The notes below the pieces were generated by a model. That model was not told the DNA's origin. It worked only from the letters and a program-made list of their open reading frames with translations, and did not search any database. From Nitrospirota bacterium (GTDB lineage Bacteria > Nitrospirota > Thermodesulfovibrionia > Thermodesulfovibrionales > Dissulfurispiraceae): a stretch of DNA of 64,000 bases. The stretch is taken from contig CAWBMP010000004.1 of assembly GCA_963790025.1 (NCBI GenBank), positions 1,568,001 through 1,632,000 on the forward strand, read 5' to 3'. Made by a program: the position numbers and the translations under genes. Below, one piece after another: positions 56,711 to 64,000 of the stretch; the stretch's first letter is position 1; each line of letters opens with the position of its first letter.

Positions 56711-58267
56711 TCAGTATCTGTTCCTCTTTCTTATTATCATGAGCAGAGTACATATTATGCTCAAATACGACAAGATATCTCCGTATTTTGTGTAGAGCGA
56801 CAAAGTCCTGTCGGTCCTTACAGCAGACACCAGATAGGTCCTGCTGAAAATATTTGTTTTACCGAGAATTCTGCCGCAGCTATCGATAAATCCTGATATC
56901 CCGGTATTTGCCGCCCTTATCACCGGTTTTCTGTTCTCTATGGCCCTGAACACAGCCATACTAAAATGCTGATAAGGACCCGGCGTTCTCCCGAACCAGG
57001 CATCATTAGTAATCGTTACGATAAAATCTCCTCCGGTTGTATAAAACTTTCGCACCAAACCGGGGAATATAATCTCGTAACAGATAACAGTTCCGAACCT
57101 TCCAAATGGCGTTACTGCCTTTGTATAACCTTCTCCTGGAAGAAAATCTCCAATTGCACCGGTCAAATCAACAAAAGACAAAAGTGGTCTCATCGGAAGA
57201 TACTCCCCAAAGGCAACCAAATGTATTTTATCATAAAAATATGTAATATTTCCATTTTTATCAAGGAGTATGGCGCTATTGGCATAACGGGTCCCGGATG
57301 GTTTAGACCCTGTATTCCGGGCCTTTACCGTTACGCTCCCAAAAAGCAGATACGAATTGAATTGCCGCTGGAAGGAAACCATGTTTGCCGTACGCTCTTT
57401 GTCAGCCCCAAAAAAAAACGGCACGGCAGTTTCAGGCCAGACTATCAGTTCCGGTGTTTCGCGCGCGGCTGCAAAAGAGATATCTCTATATGCAGAAATA
57501 ACCGACTGCTGGTAAGCAGGGTCCCATTTTTTATCCTGTTCTATATTTCCCTGAACAACTGCAACTTTTATCATTGAACCGGGGCGGACCTGATGCAAGC
57601 GGTAAAATCCGTAGCCCAGTGTAAAGACGATAATAAGAGCAAGGGCTGCAAAGCCGGCCGTTGTCGGCAGGTATGAAGCGAGCGGTCGTTCCCTGAACCT
57701 TTGTTTGAACAGGAATATATCCACCAATGCTCCATTTACCGCAACGATAAGAAAAGAAACCCCATATACCCCTGTAATATCGGCGATCTGTATAATGGGG
57801 AGAAACTCATATTGGCTGTAGCCCAAACTTGACCATGGGAAACCGCTCAGGGCATAAGAACGGAGAAATTCCAGAGCAGTCCAAATAAGCGGCGCCACAA
57901 TAAGAGAGGGCATATCGCTCCTCTTGATATTTTCCGCATAGAGGAAAGCAAACACTGCCGGATAAAGACTGAAGTATAGGCATAAAACAAAAACCAGCAG
58001 GATACTCGGCACGAAAGGGACAGCGCCATAGTAATGAATTGAATAATATATCCAATAAAGGGTGCCGAAAAAATAGACAAGCCCGAAAAAAAAGCCTGCG
58101 ACAAAGGCGGTCCCCGGGTCTTTGTAACGGATAAACAACAACAGGGGAACAAGGGCTATCCATGCAAGAGGAAAGAAGTTCACTGTGGGGAAACAAAGGA
58201 CCAGAAGCAACCCTGAAAGAAGGGCAGGCCCATACAGCCGTTCGGAAAGCGCTTTCAAGGTGTTCAT
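56711..58267 (-). CDS. lnt: Apolipoprotein N-acyltransferase
   Basis: GFPW..LGYSQ, QGNI, WPE, K.HLV.FGEY, ICYE, TNDAWFG, RAANTGIS. Confidence 0.95.
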   Translation of the reverse strand: MNTLKALSERLYGPALLSGLLLVLCFPTVNFFPLAWIALVPLLLFIRYKDPGTAFVAGFFFGLVYFFGTLYWIYYSIHYYGAVPFVPSILLVFVLCLYFSLYPAVFAFLYAENIKRSDMPSLIVAPLIWTALEFLRSYALSGFPWSSLGYSQYEFLPIIQIADITGVYGVSFLIVAVNGALVDIFLFKQRFRERPLASYLPTTAGFAALALIIVFTLGYGFYRLHQVRPGSMIKVAVVQGNIEQDKKWDPAYQQSVISAYRDISFAAARETPELIVWPETAVPFFFGADKERTANMVSFQRQFNSYLLFGSVTVKARNTGSKPSGTRYANSAILLDKNGNITYFYDKIHLVAFGEYLPMRPLLSFVDLTGAIGDFLPGEGYTKAVTPFGRFGTVICYEIIFPGLVRKFYTTGGDFIVTITNDAWFGRTPGPYQHFSMAVFRAIENRKPVIRAANTGISGFIDSCGRILGKTNIFSRTYLVSAVRTDRTLSLYTKYGDILSYLSIICTLLMIIRKRNRY

Positions 58268-58386
58268 AATGAGCACACTATTGAATTCGCAAAAAAGCAG
58301 GACATATATTTCTTGCCTATCAATTTCATGCAGTTATTTTGTAAACTAATCACGTCAAATAAAACTATGTTATCATAAAAAAAGAG

Positions 58387-60803
<2,417 letters not shown>

Positions 60804-60819
60804 GTAGTGGGTAAGTTGT

Positions 60820-62250
60820 TCAAGCGGCAATTCCCAGGAGACGTAGCCCGTTCCGTATAAGGCGGGTGTACCTCCACAGCGGAGGCCTGATCCCGAAGGT
60901 GTATCCTAAACGTTGGATAGCCGGAAGGTAAGGTAATTCCAAAGAGTCTGAGCATACAAAATTCATATGGGTCGCGAGGGTCTTTCTCATATGAAGCAGC
61001 AACCATGAATAAGATAGTTCAGGGGAAACATAAAAGACCGGTTCGAGCATCTCTTTATGAGAGAGTGAAAGCCTGCCCTGTTTTCTGGCTACAAGTTCGA
61101 GCTCTGTCCCGGGATAAATGCGTATGCCAAGGTTAAAGTAAGCAACATCGTTTTTGCGTATGCGGGTTTCTGCAAAACGGAGAGTTTCTTTAACGGTTTC
61201 CTCTGTTTCACCCGGTCCTCCAAGCATGAATATCCAGAGACATGGAAGGCCATGGCGTCCTACAACTTCCGCTGCATTATAGACTTCGCGGGCAGAATAA
61301 TTTTTGCCCAGACCCTCCAAAGCAGTATCCGAAGCGCTCTCAACAGTAATTCCTATGCTGTTGAACCCGGCCTTTCCCATTGCACGCAGGAGTGCATCAT
61401 CAATGAAAAGGGGGTTCAGCTCCATGCTTTGCAACCTGGCATGGGATGATGAGCGGGCCATTTCTTCACAAACCTCCATTGCATGGTCATACGGCGAGTT
61501 AAATACATTATCAACAATTTCAATGTCTTTAAGACCCTGAGAGACAAGATATTCGACGGCATATCGCGCGCTTTCAGGAGTGCAGAGGCTGTAGGCACCC
61601 CCTTCAATCTGGCGATAAGTGCAGTAGACGCATTTAAAGCGGCAGCCGAGCTTGGTCTGCAGAGGCGCGGTCGTATGGAGCGAACGATACGCATTTACAT
61701 TGATCCAACGGCGGTAGTCCGGAACAGGGCAGGAGGTTCTAATAATTGCCGGGGGTGCGCAGGGGTTCATTAGTACCTTCCCGTTTTCGAGCCATGCCGC
61801 GCCGGCGACTGTTTCAATCCGGCGATCATGCGCTATCGATTCAAGTATGCGCGGAAAAACTCGTTCACCGTCACCCAGCACCGCATAAGGCGCTCCTGTA
61901 AAAGTAATAATTTCCTCGGGCATTACTGCCACTGCAGCACCTCCGAGAATAACAGGGGCCTGAGACAACCTGCGGATCGTATGAAGAAGCGGCAGCAGTT
62001 CTTTAATAAAAAAAACAGGATTCTGCATATCGTTGCCGTCAATATTACGCACCGACAAGCCTATTGCATCCGGCGGGAATCTGGTCAACTCAAGTTCAAG
62101 CGCCTGAAGGGGGATTTTTTCGAACATAAGATCAAGAAAACGTACCGTATGTCCTGCCAGGGATGCGGCATCTGCAACGAGGCAGGCCCCTGCGGGCATA
62201 ACCGCCGCCGGCGAGGTATGTGAATTGGTGTTTATAACGAGGACATTCAT
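60820..62250 (-). CDS. Cobalamin-binding radical SAM protein
   Basis: N-terminal B12-binding-like domain (GLSVRNID, ILGG, GDGE), GCRFKCVYC, GGPGET. Confidence 0.9.
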   Translation of the reverse strand: MNVLVINTNSHTSPAAVMPAGACLVADAASLAGHTVRFLDLMFEKIPLQALELELTRFPPDAIGLSVRNIDGNDMQNPVFFIKELLPLLHTIRRLSQAPVILGGAAVAVMPEEIITFTGAPYAVLGDGERVFPRILESIAHDRRIETVAGAAWLENGKVLMNPCAPPAIIRTSCPVPDYRRWINVNAYRSLHTTAPLQTKLGCRFKCVYCTYRQIEGGAYSLCTPESARYAVEYLVSQGLKDIEIVDNVFNSPYDHAMEVCEEMARSSSHARLQSMELNPLFIDDALLRAMGKAGFNSIGITVESASDTALEGLGKNYSAREVYNAAEVVGRHGLPCLWIFMLGGPGETEETVKETLRFAETRIRKNDVAYFNLGIRIYPGTELELVARKQGRLSLSHKEMLEPVFYVSPELSYSWLLLHMRKTLATHMNFVCSDSLELPYLPAIQRLGYTFGIRPPLWRYTRLIRNGLRLLGIAA

Positions 62251-62336
62251 TGTTACGCTTTAATTGTAACATATGGTTAGTTGCCCTTCCCTGGAAATCA
62301 TGATACTATATTGCCGTTGGAGGAAAAATATTATTT

Positions 62337-64000
62337 GTGGCCGGCACATCTTCTGATAAAGAAAATTTGATTGAAAAACTCAAAAGTCCTCAGTGGCGGA
62401 TGGCGATCGCTTTTTTGCTTATTATCGCCATCATGTTCATATGGGACCAATTTTTCGGACTCCTCGGACCAAAAATTGAAGAGCAATATCCTGTAAATTA
62501 CAGCCAGTTTATACAACAACTAGATGCCGGCAATATACGGTCGGTCACAATAAAAGGCTTGGAGGTAAGTGGAGATTTCAGCAAGGAGATTATAGTTCAG
62601 CTTCCGGGTGAGAAGAAAAATACCGAGGTCAAGAATTTCCAAACTACCTTGCCTTCTTTTCAGGGAGAAGGACTTATGGCGAAGCTTCAGGAAAAGAAGG
62701 TCATTATCAACGTCACTCCGCCGGCAAAGGCGTCATTTTGGGCGCAATTCCTTATCGGGCTGCTGCCTCTCGCGCTCATAGTGGGCTTCTGGGTGCTGCT
62801 GATGAGGCGCACCCAACAGATGCAGGGGGGCCCTGGCGGCCTTTTCAGTTTCGGCGCGAGCAAGGCGAAACTCTATGACGCGAAGAAGCCGAAAATCACG
62901 TTTAAAGACGTCGCAGGAATGGACAATGTCAAGCAGGACCTGCAGGAAACCATAGAGTTTCTGAAAAATCCCGAAAAATATAAAAGGCTTGGCGCTAAAA
63001 TCCCGAGGGGTGTACTTCTGGCCGGGTATCCGGGCACCGGGAAGACACTGTTGGCGCGTGCTGTAGCAGGTGAAGCCGGAGTCCCCTTTTTCAGCATCAG
63101 CGCTTCGGAGTTTATAGAGATGTTTGTCGGTGTGGGGGCCTCCAGGGTCAGGGACATGTTCAAGAAGGCAAAAGAGTCGCAGCCCAGTATCATTTTTATT
63201 GACGAGATCGATGCTGTGGGCCGTACCCGTGGGGCCGGGTTTGGAGGAGGTCACGATGAGAGAGAGCAGACGCTCAATCAGCTCCTTAGCGAAATGGACG
63301 GGTTCGAGACGCATGAGGAGGTAATTGTTATTGCGGCGACCAACCGTCCCGATGTACTGGACCCCGCACTGCTTCGCCCCGGCAGGTTTGACCGCCGTAT
63401 TATGATTGACCGTCCGGGGTTAAAGGAGCGCATGGGGATACTCGAAGTGCATGTGCGGGGGAAAATATTGGCCGGTGATGTTGACCTTCAGAGTGTTGCC
63501 AGGGGCACGCCCGGCATGACAGGAGCAGATCTGGAAAACCTGGCGAACGAGGCTGCGCTGTTGGCAATAAGAAAGGACCATGACAGTATTACCATGGCTG
63601 ATTTTGAAGAGGCGAGGGACGTTGTACTGATGGGCGCGATAAGAGGGGAAACGATCAGTGAAATGGAAAAGCGCATTACCGCCTGCCATGAAGCGGGGCA
63701 TACGCTCGTTGCCTGGGAACTACCCGGCACAGATCCAATTCATAAAGTCAGCATTATTCCCAGGGGAATGGCAATGGGAGTAACGCAGTTGCTGCCGGAG
63801 GAGGACAGGCACTATTATCCTAAAACCTATCTGGTAAACAGGCTGAGCGTGGCACTTGCCGGAATGGTTGCTGAGCGGATCGTCTTTAACGATACGAGCA
63901 GCGGTTCACAGAACGATCTGAAGGAAGCTACAGCTCTTGCAGAAAAGATGGTGGCGCAGTGGGGAATGAGTGACAAGGTCGGTCCTGTGTCGCTCGGCAG
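62337..64000 (+). CDS. ftsH: ATP-dependent zinc metalloprotease FtsH (runs off the window end)
   Basis: two TM segments, [42 protein letters not shown]; start approximate (GTG after GGAGG). Confidence 0.93.
   Translation, partial: MAGTSSDKENLIEKLKSPQWRMAIAFLLIIAIMFIWDQFFGLLGPKIEEQYPVNYSQFIQQLDAGNIRSVTIKGLEVSGDFSKEIIVQLPGEKKNTEVKNFQTTLPSFQGEGLMAKLQEKKVIINVTPPAKASFWAQFLIGLLPLALIVGFWVLLMRRTQQMQGGPGGLFSFGASKAKLYDAKKPKITFKDVAGMDNVKQDLQETIEFLKNPEKYKRLGAKIPRGVLLAGYPGTGKTLLARAVAGEAGVPFFSISASEFIEMFVGVGASRVRDMFKKAKESQPSIIFIDEIDAVGRTRGAGFGGGHDEREQTLNQLLSEMDGFETHEEVIVIAATNRPDVLDPALLRPGRFDRRIMIDRPGLKERMGILEVHVRGKILAGDVDLQSVARGTPGMTGADLENLANEAALLAIRKDHDSITMADFEEARDVVLMGAIRGETISEMEKRITACHEAGHTLVAWELPGTDPIHKVSIIPRGMAMGVTQLLPEEDRHYYPKTYLVNRLSVALAGMVAERIVFNDTSSGSQNDLKEATALAEKMVAQWGMSDKVGPVSLG

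Noticed and set aside
62733..63730. Minus-strand ORFs near the window end
   Set aside because: Antisense shadows of ftsH, which the ORF track missed because it lacks a stop inside the window.

Overview
Bacterial chromosomal window. Gene order and protein character suggest Nitrospirota (Thermodesulfovibrionia-like); this is an inference, not a search result. Left to right: a 16S-23S rRNA operon (no spacer tRNAs, no linked 5S, ~125-nt repeat-built hairpin inside 23S), a sigma-70, bioA, a 9-gene coupled nonulosonic-acid-type cluster, a tandem kinase-like gene with pckG, and housekeeping/accessory genes. Next come an AT-rich island (~39.3-50.0 kb) with IS21/RAYT relics and a radical SAM-GNAT/arginine decarboxylase/SET cluster, then gyrB-dnaN-dnaA with oriC, frameshifted prfB, lnt, kdsB, pyrG, a B12 radical SAM gene and a partial ftsH. 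The strongest candidate for an undescribed system is at 29.0-31.9 kb (minus strand). There a 472-aa protein has a 62-aa Cys-free leader followed by 45 tandem Cys-initiated repeats (C-T-x-x-x-Q-x-[DN]-[KR], Cys every ninth residue). It is translationally coupled (ATGA overlap) to an RRE-radical SAM-SPASM enzyme resembling thioether-forming ranthipeptide maturases: a putative giant 'Cys-every-ninth' RiPP / poly-thioether protein system.
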